DNA from: Tubulanus polymorphus | Taxonomy: Eukaryota; Animalia; Nemertea | Assembly (NCBI RefSeq): GCF_964204645.1 | Contig: NC_134025.1 | Span: 25,400,299-25,464,298 of the forward strand | DNA: 64,000 nucleotides | Direction of reading: 5' to 3' | Part shown: one piece after another, positions 46,198 to 60,790 of the stretch | Layout of the letters: each line of letters opens with the position of its first letter | Numbering within the stretch: the stretch's first letter is position 1 | Translations under genes and position numbers: made by a program | The notes under the pieces: model-generated | Database searches by the model: none | What the model was told of the DNA's origin: nothing | Seen by the model: the letters and a program-made list of their open reading frames with translations, nothing else

Positions 46198-46827
46198 CCA
46201 ATTTTCATGTTGAATAGTGCAAATATTTAAACGAGAATGGTCTTCAGCATCATTTGATGAACAGCAGTCACAATTGCTGCATACAGTTGCAGCCCTAGCA
46301 GGGATATGATTTATGTCATTCTGCTTTGAAAATACTGATGTTTTGTGCAAGATTTACTGGAATAAAAGTGTTATGTTTACAAATGTGATTCTTGTCAGGT
46401 CTCTTAAGGAGTCATAAGGGAGTTTGTTTCAACAGATGTTGGATACAGCGCACTTTTTCCATTAAATTTAGATTACATGTGTGTCAATTTTGTCATATTG
46501 ATCTCAAATGTCTTTTTCCCGAAAATCTATTCACCGATATTGATTATTAATGACTACAGGTATAAATGTGGTGGTTCATAGTACTTTGGCAGCCATATTT
46601 TAGAGATAGTGAGGTTCCACTAAAATGCTGGTAAGCTGGAGCCAATAATACCATATTTCCATTTCAAACTGAGCAGAAAGTAGTGGTTCCAAGAGAGGCT
46701 GATAAAAACTTGATGCCTTAATAATAATGAAGTCTTGGACTGCAGATATTTAATTCGAAATGTGATATTTATTGATATTCAACAAGACAAATCTACAATA
46801 TGATTCACTAAATTGGTAATTCTAGAT

Positions 46828-47882
46828 TCAAAATCCTTTTTCGATGAGGAATTTTGTGATGGCATCCAGATGAATTCCTTTCAGTCGAATGAGGCGACAA
46901 ATCTCATTCACTTGCGTAAAAATAAAAGTGTTCTGTGGATAATAATTAACAAGAAACGCTCGAAGATCTTTTTCAAATTCCTGCAAAACAAGAAAAGTAT
47001 ATTGCAACATTACATAATAAGCTTAATGTTTGAGAGAGGCTGGCAGACTATCAGATTATCTTCATCTTACCCAAATATTTCCTTCTATTTTCCTTACTGT
47101 AGTTAGTTTTCTCTGCAAGTCATGACCCTTTTGATCAAGGTAAACTGGAAAATTGTGAAATTTTGATCGGCATACAAAGTAAGGGTAATCCCCTGGTTTC
47201 GCTGAAAAGAGATAGATTCAAGGGGCATGATTTATAGATAGCAAATTTTAAAAAGATCCAAAACCTCGGCTTAGCTCTTACCGTACTGCGGAACCCAACC
47301 GGATGGGGTAGGATACGACTCGTGAGTTGGCGGCTCAGGAATAGTCTTTCTAGGGAGAATTCTCTCAACGTGAATCCAGTCTTTGGATGTTTCTTCGATG
47401 TTCAGAGTTGCAGGCGGCTGCTGATTGGTACTGGAGCTGTATGTACAACATGGTTGAGTGTACTGAATGAAAACAAAAATGTCATTAGTTCCCAGTAAAG
47501 GAGGCCTCAAGCCACAGGATGACCGCAGAAAGTCACCATCATGATGGTCACAAATTAGTCTGAATACCAGTCGTTGTTTGGGGAACAACGGCTATGCCTA
47601 TGGACATGTAGTCTAGTACCTAGCCGTTGTTCCTAAAACAACGGAACCGTAACAACGACTGGTATTCAGACTAATGGACATGGTACTAGACTAGTCACAA
47701 ATATGCCTTTAATCCTAAATATTATTACTATACAATGGAAGATCCTAACCATAAAACATGAATGGAAAACTACAAGACCATTTTACCTTTTTCAACAATG
47801 TCGATGAAACTCGAACAGTGGCAGAGGCGAAATATCTATTCGACAGCAAGAACGAGGCCTTAGATAGTATGGGCGCTGACAT
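46828..47882 (-). CDS. MRPL49: Mitochondrial ribosomal protein L49 (mL49)
   Basis: 4 exons (47882-~47787, 47462-~47282, ~47201-47071, ~46980-46828). VERILPRKTIPEPPTHESYPTPSGW, PYFVCRSKFHNFPVY, TTVRKIEGNIW and TQVNE...LKG...FLIEKGF match mL49. Confidence 0.93.
47547..47702. mobile_element. Small foldback/MITE-like element in MRPL49 intron 1
   Basis: Perfect 25-bp inverted repeat (47554-47578 / 47651-47675), nested inverted repeats, and gtcacaaat repeated directly at both ends. Confidence 0.6.
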
Positions 47883-48079
47883 GTTGGTTTGGCAGTCTCT
47901 GAATCAACCCTGGCAAGTGAGGATTAGAAAAGCCAAAACCGTGAAATAGGGATAATGTCTATTTATTCTTTCGACCAAGGTCGTCGCGCTTTCAATTTGA
48001 CAGCTGCAACTGGGATTGTGCTGCTAAAGTTAAAGAACCACACAAAAGCCCAGGGCAGGCAAAGCGAAGCAAATGAAAT

Positions 48080-50327
48080 ATGTCTGGCCAGTGTTTTCAA
48101 TGCGCATCAGGTTTTAGTATATTTCGTAAAGAGGTGCGTGTGATTAGTTGACTGAGTCTAAAATTTGAATAAGCCTGCTTCCAAAAGAAAACAGATGATC
48201 AATCATCAGGATGAGGAAGACCTTTTTTCCATTTTTTTTAATATTGACTGTGCTTTTTCTTCCAGCATGGGTGCAAGAACTGTGGATTTGCATTTTGCAG
48301 CAAGTGTCTGAAGAATAAGCTGCCCATCCCAAAGTTAAACAATGAAAGTCATTCTGTTTGTGACAAATGTTTCAACATCTTAACTGGGTAAGAGATTCCA
48401 TCTTTAAGATGACTACAAACTAGCCTACATGACATGCTTCTTGATAACATGAACCTTCAATTCGTCTTTGCAGAAAAGTAAAACCAAAGCCACTATCCTA
48501 CTCACCCCCAGAAGCTTTGAAAAAGTAAGTAGACCTGTATTAGGTCACCTTTTATTTCAAAATAATTTTTCTACTTAGTTTTCTGTCTGAAAGCAAGTGT
48601 AAAGCTATTTTCAGATTGGCTGCTACAAATGAAAGACCTTCAAGTCCAAATAGTGGTAGGATGGCGGGCGGTGGAAGCAAGACGAATATGTATAAAAATG
48701 AATATGGATGGTCGAAAGGTTTAGAAGGGCCGGATTTAGAAATAGCAAAAAGATTAGAAAGGCTGACAGAAGACATAAAGAAAGGTAGGTTTATATCTTT
48801 TCATTCAATTTTGTTAATCTTTAATTGAACAATTGTCATGATTTCTTGTTGATATCTATGTAGATAAGCCTGCAATACCTGATCAAAATGCGATTGAAGA
48901 ACGCCTAGCACGACTAAGAGGTGTTGAACCAACTGCTTCATCACAACCTGCTGATCAAAAGGTAATTTCATTTTCTTTTCATCCCATCTAGAAATAGCGA
49001 TGAATTTCCTAGCAGCCTTCTTATCCTTACTTGTTTTATACATCGGTTATAGACTTATATGGCACCAAATAAGAAAGGGGAATATGAGCAAACACTTGAT
49101 TTGTTGGATGAAATATTTGATGAAGTCCAAATAGAAACGCAACAACCAAAACCAGAAGATGAAATATCTGCCCGTTTACATAATTCAAAACATGATATCA
49201 CTAAACCAAAAGGTGTGGTAAACAAATAGTAATGACAACAGTATCTTTAAATTTGAATAATTCCATGTGAAAGAATCCATTGTTAAAGTGTATTCTTATT
49301 TCATTATGTTTTTACGGTAGATTCATCTGATTTAGCTAATAATCTCAACCGCAAAGGTAGCCATCAAAACATGTTCTTGCGAAACATTAAACTCGCTGAT
49401 GGAATCGATGTGAATTCGGAGAACGCAGATGAAAACGAACAGAGAAGACTCGAAGAATTTAATAAATATATTCAACAAGCCGCCATGGAGCTGGATATGG
49501 ATGCTCAAAAAGCTATCGAGGATTTGAATAAAGACCAACAGATCATGGACCGACTGAAGCGACTGAAAGAACAAGGATCAGATAATAAGAATGGTAAGTA
49601 CTTTTTTGTTGATAAGGATTGAATTCTATAGATGTAAATAATAATTCTTTAGAATATTGGATGTTACGTTAAATCCTTTGCTTCTAGAAAAATCAGCTGA
49701 GTCAAGACAGGAAAATGATGACGATTATTGTAGTGAAGATGATGAAGATAATGAAGAAGTAGCGACGAGGAGATTGATCAAAAAGGTTTCCTGAATCCCG
49801 AGTTATTATTGTCATATTGCCGTTCTAAAGTCTAGAATTCCAATGAAATCATTTTTATTCACGTTCATTTAATAACAGCTGCTGGAGGAAAATAAATTAG
49901 ATGAAGATCTGGCTAATTCTGGTATCAATCTAGCTGCATCTACAGGTTCTGGTAGTAGGCCTACCAGCGCTCGGAAAAAACTAAATATTTCGGTAAGTTA
50001 ACATTATTATGTATGTATGTATGAACTCTTTTGGGTATGATCGTTGTATGTTTATGTCTATAGGATAGTAATGCTGATGAGGAGGAATTTCCTTGGTGCT
50101 GCATTTGTAATGAAGATGCTGTTTTAAGGTGTCGTGATTGTGATAATGACCTTTACTGTAAAAGATGCTTCAGGTTTGTACGCTGTATACACCGTTGTCT
50201 TCGATTGTAGTTTTAGCGAATAAGTTTTTGGTTAATAAGTATTTTGTTTTCCAGGGAAGGACACAGCCGATACGAAATACGAGATCATCGATCTGAACCA
50301 TATACGAAGAAAGGTGGAGCTACATGA
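48080..50327 (+). CDS. ZFYVE19: Abscission/NoCut checkpoint regulator (FYVE plus C-terminal B-box-like zinc finger)
   Basis: [18 protein letters not shown]|[15 protein letters not shown]...VCDKCF (atypical FYVE), [18 protein letters not shown] repeats, and C-terminal [32 protein letters not shown]. Confidence 0.92.
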
Positions 50328-50697
50328 ATCCGCTCAAGACACTAGATTAAATGTGATAATTGCAATACATTTGTTAGATTGCTTCGCTTTATTCATTCGG
50401 CACATTAATTGAGGTCATCAGCAATATTTGAACACAAGTATAATTTGACAAATTCATTACCTACTCTATTCAAGTAGATTAATTACCAAAACATGATAAT
50501 AATAAAGTTGTTATTTTTGAAGATCTACTGGCTCTCATTCAGATATATAACTTTAACCGATTGATTTCTAGATTATAAACAGACTTGTTCCATCATCATC
50601 AACAGCACATCAGTGTTAATGATTGAAGATTCGGATTAGTTATAACTTATTACTTTTCTGAATACATTAGAGATCAGTGTAACCAAGAATAATGTGT

Positions 50698-53209
50698 TTA
50701 TAGTTCCTTTCTATTAATGATGAAATGATGATATAACGTATCTTCGTTCATCAAAGTAATTATTGCATCTGCCAGAACTTCATAATCCTCTATAACGTTA
50801 TACACATGAGCCGAGATACGCACGTAGATTTCCCCATCGACAGCTTTGAATGGAACCTACAGAATGAAAGAGAATTTTAAAATTAAAACTATGTGTCATT
50901 CGGTTCCAATTCATTTCAAATGTTTTGATGCCGTGTTTGAATACATGTTGTATAGTATGTATCTTCTTTATGTCGATCGAAAATGGACGTGAATAAAGTA
51001 AAAGTATTTATTTATATTCAATGCACTTCTTCTCACTTCAATTTGGAATCTATAGTAAAGTTGATCTCCTATATATTCAGCATGTTCATATGAAACCTCT
51101 TCGATATTCTCATAAATTTTTCGAGGGATCTGCACATTCACCATTGGACCTGTGAAATGAAAGTTGCGGTACAGTAATTGTTTTTTTCGTTGAAGAATCA
51201 ATTTGCATCGAGATCGGTACTTACCAAAGGATTCTTCTGGTGCTATTAATTTCGAGTTCCATTTGTCCACAAGAAGGCGAGCTAAATTTCAAACCAGGAT
51301 TTTCGAAAGGAATCATCGTTGGTTAATCGTGAATTTACGGAGGAAATAGATATTTTTCTACAAGACGTTTCTACCTGCTTCAATCACTAGCGAGTGATTG
51401 TACTTCCTAACTTTGTCGAGCCCGACACTTGCCCAAAAGTCGATCACTGTTTGCAGGGACAATAGGGGCGAAACGTCGATAAGACCTGTGAAAATAAGAA
51501 AATGAATGTCTTGGAGATAATACGTGCTATCTAGGGGACGGAGGGGGTGAGGTAGGGAAGGGGGTGGGGGGTGGGGGAGAGAATCTCTTTAGACCTTTTC
51601 TCTTACCAGTCCAGATGAAATCGGAGCTAAAACCTGATCCATATCCAGCGGATGTTACCAGAGCGTGCGTGGAATTCTGATGTTCCTTCGCTACGTACAG
51701 AAAAGCACAGCCTTTGCTCGAGCAAAACCATTTGTGACAGTTCGAAATATAGTAATCAGGGTTCAATTCGTGTAAATTTAAAGGGAGTGTACCCAAAGCA
51801 TGGGCTCCATCTATCAGAACACGCACACCTCTGAAAATTAAACAGTATGACAATTGGCACATATTTTCTTCATTTCTATGTCAAGGTAATTGTGAATTCA
51901 CATAAAAGTATTAAACGATGAAAATTTTTGAAACCGTACCGTTGATGACAAATTTCGATCAATTCCTTTACAGGTAAAATGATCGGGATGTTGTTTGGGA
52001 TGTGATCAAATACGGCTAGTTTAGTCCCCGGTTTCAACGTATTGTCCACTAGTTCAATAATCTACAAGACACCCAATCAAATTAACGAATCGAAATCCTC
52101 TAAAGCTCAATCTCTGGACTGATTTTACTATCTGTATACCTCATCTATACCGTTAATTGGAAAATTAACTTTTTCGACTTGGATTTGCGCGCCAGTTTTC
52201 GAATGTACATACTTCAGCATATTCTTGACTCCACCTATCGAAAGAGACTTTTCGTTTTTTTCGGCGGGCCTGGGGTCGACATTGAATTATTTACAAATTG
52301 GTATATTGGGTGTATTTACCGTAAGCTATGTTTAGATGATAGATCGTATCCTCAGATGTAAAATCAAGATCTTTTATGACAGCGTTCATTCCAGTGCTTG
52401 CATTGGGCACCAAAACAATGTCACTCGCGTCACAACCTGTATATAATTTTCATTTCATCGTTTGAATTCGAATCTGCTCCATGACAAAAACAAGTGAATT
52501 GCTAATCATCTTTCACTTCTAATTAATTACCTATTAATTTCGACAGTTTTCTTGTGCTGTGTACTATGAGAGGAAGGACCATTCTGTCAATGAACCTCAG
52601 CGGTTGCCGTTCTGCGTATATTTGCCAGGCCTACATGTATAAAAAGAATTCTCCATAAATTGTTGCTGCTAATGTTTCCCAAGGCCGTACCCAGGGGGAC
52701 CCGAAGGAGGACAGTTCTATTGGATATAACAATAATATTTGCAAGAATGACACTTTCAAAAATTCACCCTTGCCCCCGCTAAGGCCCTGGATTGAACATT
52801 TCATTCCCGAAGTTACCTGAGCATCTTCCATGGCAGGTTTCAGTGCGCCTCCAAAACCGCCGTGATTGACAAAAGTAAATTCGGGCTCCAAATAGAAACA
52901 TTTTTCTTTGATTTCTTTTCCGAAAGATAAATTTGCGGCATAGCTAACATCTATCACCGGCACCGCTCTGAATGGGGGTGTATACTCGCTCTGGAAATAC
53001 CGAATCATCGAAAACAGTACGTGTACGACTGAAACAATATAACAATTATATGATTTTATTTCCATTAATGCATTTCAGTAACTTACCTCAGGCATTCGAA
53101 TCAACTCTTCGACATTTGAGCTATGAAATGACCCGAAATCTCTTTTCTGCTTCATCGTGCTCTCTTTTGAAACTGTATCTGCGTGCGTTTGCGTTGTTTC
53201 CTTTATCAT
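50698..53209 (-). CDS. PLP-dependent aminotransferase class-V C-S lyase (hercynylcysteine sulfoxide lyase Egt2 / L-cysteine desulfhydrase / CefD-like), copy A
   Basis: 11 exons in frame. Motifs FVNHGGFG, ERQPLRFIDR, LVPNASTGMNAV, FDHIPNN, LIDGAHALG, SNCHKWF (PLP lysine) and VRISAHVYN. Confidence 0.85.
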
Positions 53210-54329
53210 CGCTCAGCGGCTGTCACCATACAGTTTATATATGTTAATAGATAATCTCTATTAATTGGCTAGGTAAATGGCTTTGCTCTAATTTCCATAT
53301 AATTCTGCTGGCCTCGTGGTGTGATGGAAAATTCCAGTATGTAGGGCTGGACCCAGATAGGAGCACGTGCTCCCGTCACACAATTTCCAGTGCCCTTCTT
53401 GGAAAAAGCAATCATGGTAATTTTGTCGGGGAGATTTTTTAGATTTCCCTTTATAAAACTCTAGTGCCTGGAAATTGCATTAGAATGCACTTATGTCTTA
53501 AGAGGTTATTCGTAGACCCAACGGCACTCACTCTGCTCTGCGTGGAACCTTGCTCGAATGAACAGTTACGTGCACTAGGGCGGAGCCCGGATTATGGAAG
53601 TTGAACCCAGGGCACTGGAAGGGCACAGAAATAGTCGCAAAGGGCACGTGGCGAGCGCTGAAAATTTTCAAATGTTGGTGTTCTCCAAGGCCATTTGATG
53701 ACTGTCGTGAGGGAATAATTCATATTTCTTTATAAAAATTTATTCCTAAACATTTTTGAGGTCACCTCAAACAATTTAGACTAGCCCCCTGGTCCCCCTA
53801 GTTGTGGAACCGCTTTTGCTATGCCCTTTTAATTTCTTAATACCCCTGTCAAATTCTGTCCGTGGTCTCTGTCACCATTGACACTAACAAGAAAAAGGTT
53901 TGTTCTGCTATTTCTTTGATAAATGATGATGAATTATCATGACAATTTCTGGCATCTCATTTTCCACCGGAAATCTGCTGATTGGAACGCGGCATGGATG
54001 CCGGTCTACAGCTTCGTGGGATTAATTCTATAACTTTATTCTTCATTGAAATTAGAGCAATTCGCTTCATAATATTCTTTCATTATTAGGAAAAATTACG
54101 GTAAAATGTATATACATGTTTGATGAAAACATAATAGATACCTGTCTAGAAGAATGTCCTTTAAATCTATTCTTTTAGGAAAAGGCAAATGTCGATTGAA
54201 AACGTTATTCCTTGGTGAAGCTTTGCACTATTCGAGTAAGGACTTGAATTTGAATTCAAATTTCATTGGTTGAATCGTTGAGAATAGAGGTGTTTAATGA
54301 AAATAATCAGTTCTTTAACAATACCGTTC

Positions 54330-54870
54330 TAGTTATGTCTTATAAATATGTACGATTTCTTGTCGCGACAGGATATAAAAGCCGATATGGACACGAATGG
54401 CCACGACTAAACAATCCAGGTTAACTTTTAATTAGTTTATAATCTGACGATTGGCACGGGTACCTCAAGTTACGTAGAAGACTTTCATATCAGAGCGGGC
54501 TCTTGAAACCAGTTCTATACAGTTTATATTTGTTACAGGATTTTGGTAAATGATACATTTAACAGGCTTTCAGTTTATCGACGAGAATAACAGTTGAAAT
54601 CCATTGCCCGACGTCGTAATGGTGTAAGATCTTTACCGTCAAGTCCTACCCCTATATACATTTTTAGTGGCAAACATATGAACTTCCTCAACTATATATA
54701 CGTAATATTCTTACAGTGGCATGCGAGTAGTAGGTTAGCATTTAATGGTGATGTACCAAAACAGCATTTCAAGATGGTGGCTATCAATAGGACGATATAG
54801 ATGCAGATACATATACAAATACTATAGAAAGGTCCCGGGTTCGAGCCTAGTGTTGAAAATAAGGATAATG
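54330..54870 (+). repeat. Degraded interspersed repeat with a tRNA B-box-like segment (SINE-like), copy 1
   Basis: 54331-54420 aligns by eye to 60001-60090 (gtcttata..tgtacg..ttct.gtcgcgaca...atggacacgaatg). aaggtcccgggttcgagcctag at ~54829 matches aaggtcccgggtcaag at ~60261. Confidence 0.5.
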
Positions 54871-55147
54871 TCGTATCCGTATCTATCGTTCCATTCTTGA
54901 ATGACGTACAATTCATAATGCAAAAGAAAAGAAAAGAAAACGACTGTTCCTCACTAAATGAATATTTCGTTGTATTAATAGCAAATTTGCTATGAATATA
55001 AATATATATATATACAAAAAATAAAACACATAACTTTTTGAAATAATATAGTGCCAATAAGTGGAAATTAAACGATCCTCAATATTTCGTTCACGTGTCT
55101 TCCACGATCGATGATAAAGTATGAGGGATTGGCATCTCTTGATTTTT

Positions 55148-58234
<3,087 letters not shown>

Positions 58235-58612
58235 TGTGTTTATTTCAGCCTCGTCCGTCTCGTTCTTTTTAGGAATATTTCAACTAATTAAAGCAATTAT
58301 GACGAACAAGTCTAAATTATCACCATCAAGTTAATACGTCTATATACACTATCAGTACGCTCTCCTTTTAGCTAGAAACAACAGAATTTTGGGATACATA
58401 ACAGGTTTGATCAAAACTAAGACGACAGCGCAAACAAAGGCTTCTCATGGAGAACCAACATAGATTAAAAAGACTTTATTATCCCTTTATATATTTATAC
58501 ATGTTTAATGCAATCGAACGTGAACAGCAGTATACAGGTTATCATTTGAATTACACGGATTAAAGGATATTGGCAACTACAACATTACCAGTAATCCGAG
58601 AATTAATTCAAA

Positions 58613-58757
58613 ACATGTGGCCAAACTTCCATTATTTACACTACACGGATATTTGCTTGAACATTTTTTTTTCCGGTTGAAAGAAAATCTTGTGAAGAAA
58701 CCTAACCGTCGAATATTGCCTTCTAGCTAACTCTGTCCGTAAAGTAAGACTCCATCT
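58613..58757 (-). promoter_or_regulatory. Duplicated Akt upstream/5'UTR segment
   Basis: Aligns by eye with 41342-41487 (catgtggccaa.cttcca...ttcc.gttgaaa...cgtcgaa.attg.cttctagc.aac.ct.t.cgtaaagt.a.actccat). Confidence 0.7.
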
Positions 58758-59447
58758 CAGTGACGAACTGAGCCCGGTATTGTCTTTGTCTCCAAAATGT
58801 ACATAAAAACATAAACACTCGACTAATCCCTTAGGATTTTTACCATTGCCTCCAAATTCTAAATCCAAAATATTTTCCATATCAATCCGATACACCAACC
58901 TAACTAGATGTAAAGCAAAGAGAAATTGAATTCTTATCTACATACCCCATAATCAATCTTAGTCTAAAGTGCAATTTCGATAATGGTTGTCCAATTTCTA
59001 TAATAATAATAGCAATTTCTAATATATTCCGGTATTTTCAAAGATTTGGGGGAAATTCGGTCTTCAACAGATGACCTTTCTCAATAAACATAATGTAATG
59101 TCTTCGAATCGTTTCGGTTTTCGATAGAATCATTTCTAACCGCATCTACAATATGACAATTTTTTTTTGGGCAATGACTATACAAATCGAGAACAATTCT
59201 ACTTCAAAATGTGCAATCAGGCTAATACTAAAAGCTGCCTTTTTGGATCACACTGCCCCATCTTCAAAAATGTTGGTATCCTTACCTTTTCTGGCAATAA
59301 CTAAATTTCAATTGTGCTCTATCGTCTTTAAATTGAAGAATTCACTACTGCTTAACTCATTTTACTTATTATTTCTTATTAAATGATGATTTTCACCAAT
59401 ATAAGACTCGAAACCGTTTTGTACATTGAAAGTAGACTAATTCACAA

Positions 59448-59482
59448 CCAACTGAGAAAGAAATTCTCAGTGAAAGTGTGAT
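59448..59482 (+). pseudogene. Possible relic of a duplicated PNPT1 exon
   Basis: ccaactgagaaagaaattctcagtgaaagtgtgat matches PNPT1 42551-42586 at 30 of 36 positions, in the orientation and place expected from the duplication. Confidence 0.4.
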
Positions 59483-59999
59483 CAGCCCCTTTAACTTGGA
59501 ACAACTTTCCTCATTCATCGAAAACCATTGGATCAGTATCCCGTATTGTGTTTAAACGTGTTCTCAAACAGTATCGCCTCTAATACGAAAATTCTGCCAG
59601 TTTCTTATCCCCCAAAAATTGATGAGATTGTGTAACTTCCAGATTCTATACATATTCAAGTTAATTTACTAGAAAAAACTGAGAGTTTTATTCTGTATTT
59701 TGATATGTTATAGGAATATTTTACAATCTTTTAAATGGTAACTCATTAATATCCCGAAAACTCGAAACCATAATAGAATTAGCCTAAAACTTTCCAATAA
59801 TTTACCATATAGCAACATCCTCAATTGACGGATTAATTGAAAGATATTGTTGTTACGTATGTTTTCTGCCTGCCCAGTCTTTGTGAGATTAATCCTATTT
59901 CTGATCGATTTTTTTCAACTACATATACATACCTATCGTGATAGTATAGTATCGTGTGGATCTCCGAGTATTTTCGATGATCGTATATTATTTCCTTAC

Positions 60000-60300
60000 T
60001 AGTTCCGTCTTATATGTGTGTACGTATTCTAGTCGCGACATGAAATAAAAACCTGCGAATGGACACGAATGAGCGTGAAATAATCCATTAATCGGATTAA
60101 ATATTCATACTCTGGCATGGGAATAGTAAATTACGTTCACCCTACGTGCAACTGTGCAGGTTCACCCGCCAAGAAGGTATTCGAACCCACTACGCTCCGC
60201 GAACACGGTGGGACGGACGGTACCGGACCCCTGGCAAGCGAGGATGAGTTCACACTAGCGAAGGTCCCGGGTCAAGTATAGCGTTGACATAAGGTCATCT
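60000..60300 (+). repeat. Degraded interspersed repeat with tRNA B-box-like segments (SINE-like), copy 2
   Basis: Homologous to 54330-54870. It also has a reverse-strand GGTTCGAATACC at ~60176-60188. Confidence 0.5.
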
Positions 60301-60790
60301 CGCTAGAATATTTTAAATCCATTTATGTCATGATTGATGATTAGTGAAATCTTAGTAGTTTCACTATCGACTCAAATTAATTATTCTCTTCGATCTCCAT
60401 ATCATAATCCACTTTATGATATTTGATTCTTGGTTTGAATTTCTCATCTGTCGCATGGAGCATCCTCCTTATAAACAGATAAAGTGAATGAAACAATTAA
60501 TTGTTTCTGATATAATACATGTGTATTACCATTTTATTTATTTCAAACGTCAAATTTCAAATTATGACCACATCAATTGTTTTAATGTGTAAAAGAGCGG
60601 ACCGTGATTAGCATTCTAGCGATTATAAATGATTTGCAAAAAATAAATTACAACAACATATATGAAAATATGTAAAAGCATTGCACAAATTAACATTTCA
60701 GTGATTGAAAGTAGATATGGAAAGGAAATATGTATCTAAACAGAAATTTGAAATTTTGAGACATTTGCTGAGTTACTAACCCATACAAGC

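Noticed and set aside
51652-51834. Identical 60-aa + strand ORFs at 51652 and 61967
   Set aside because: Antisense shadows of the identical lyase exon; no independent coding evidence.
53340-53660. Short inverted repeat ttccagtgccct/agggcactggaa and a GC-richer patch
   Set aside because: Probably a decayed non-autonomous element, but ends and target duplication could not be defined.
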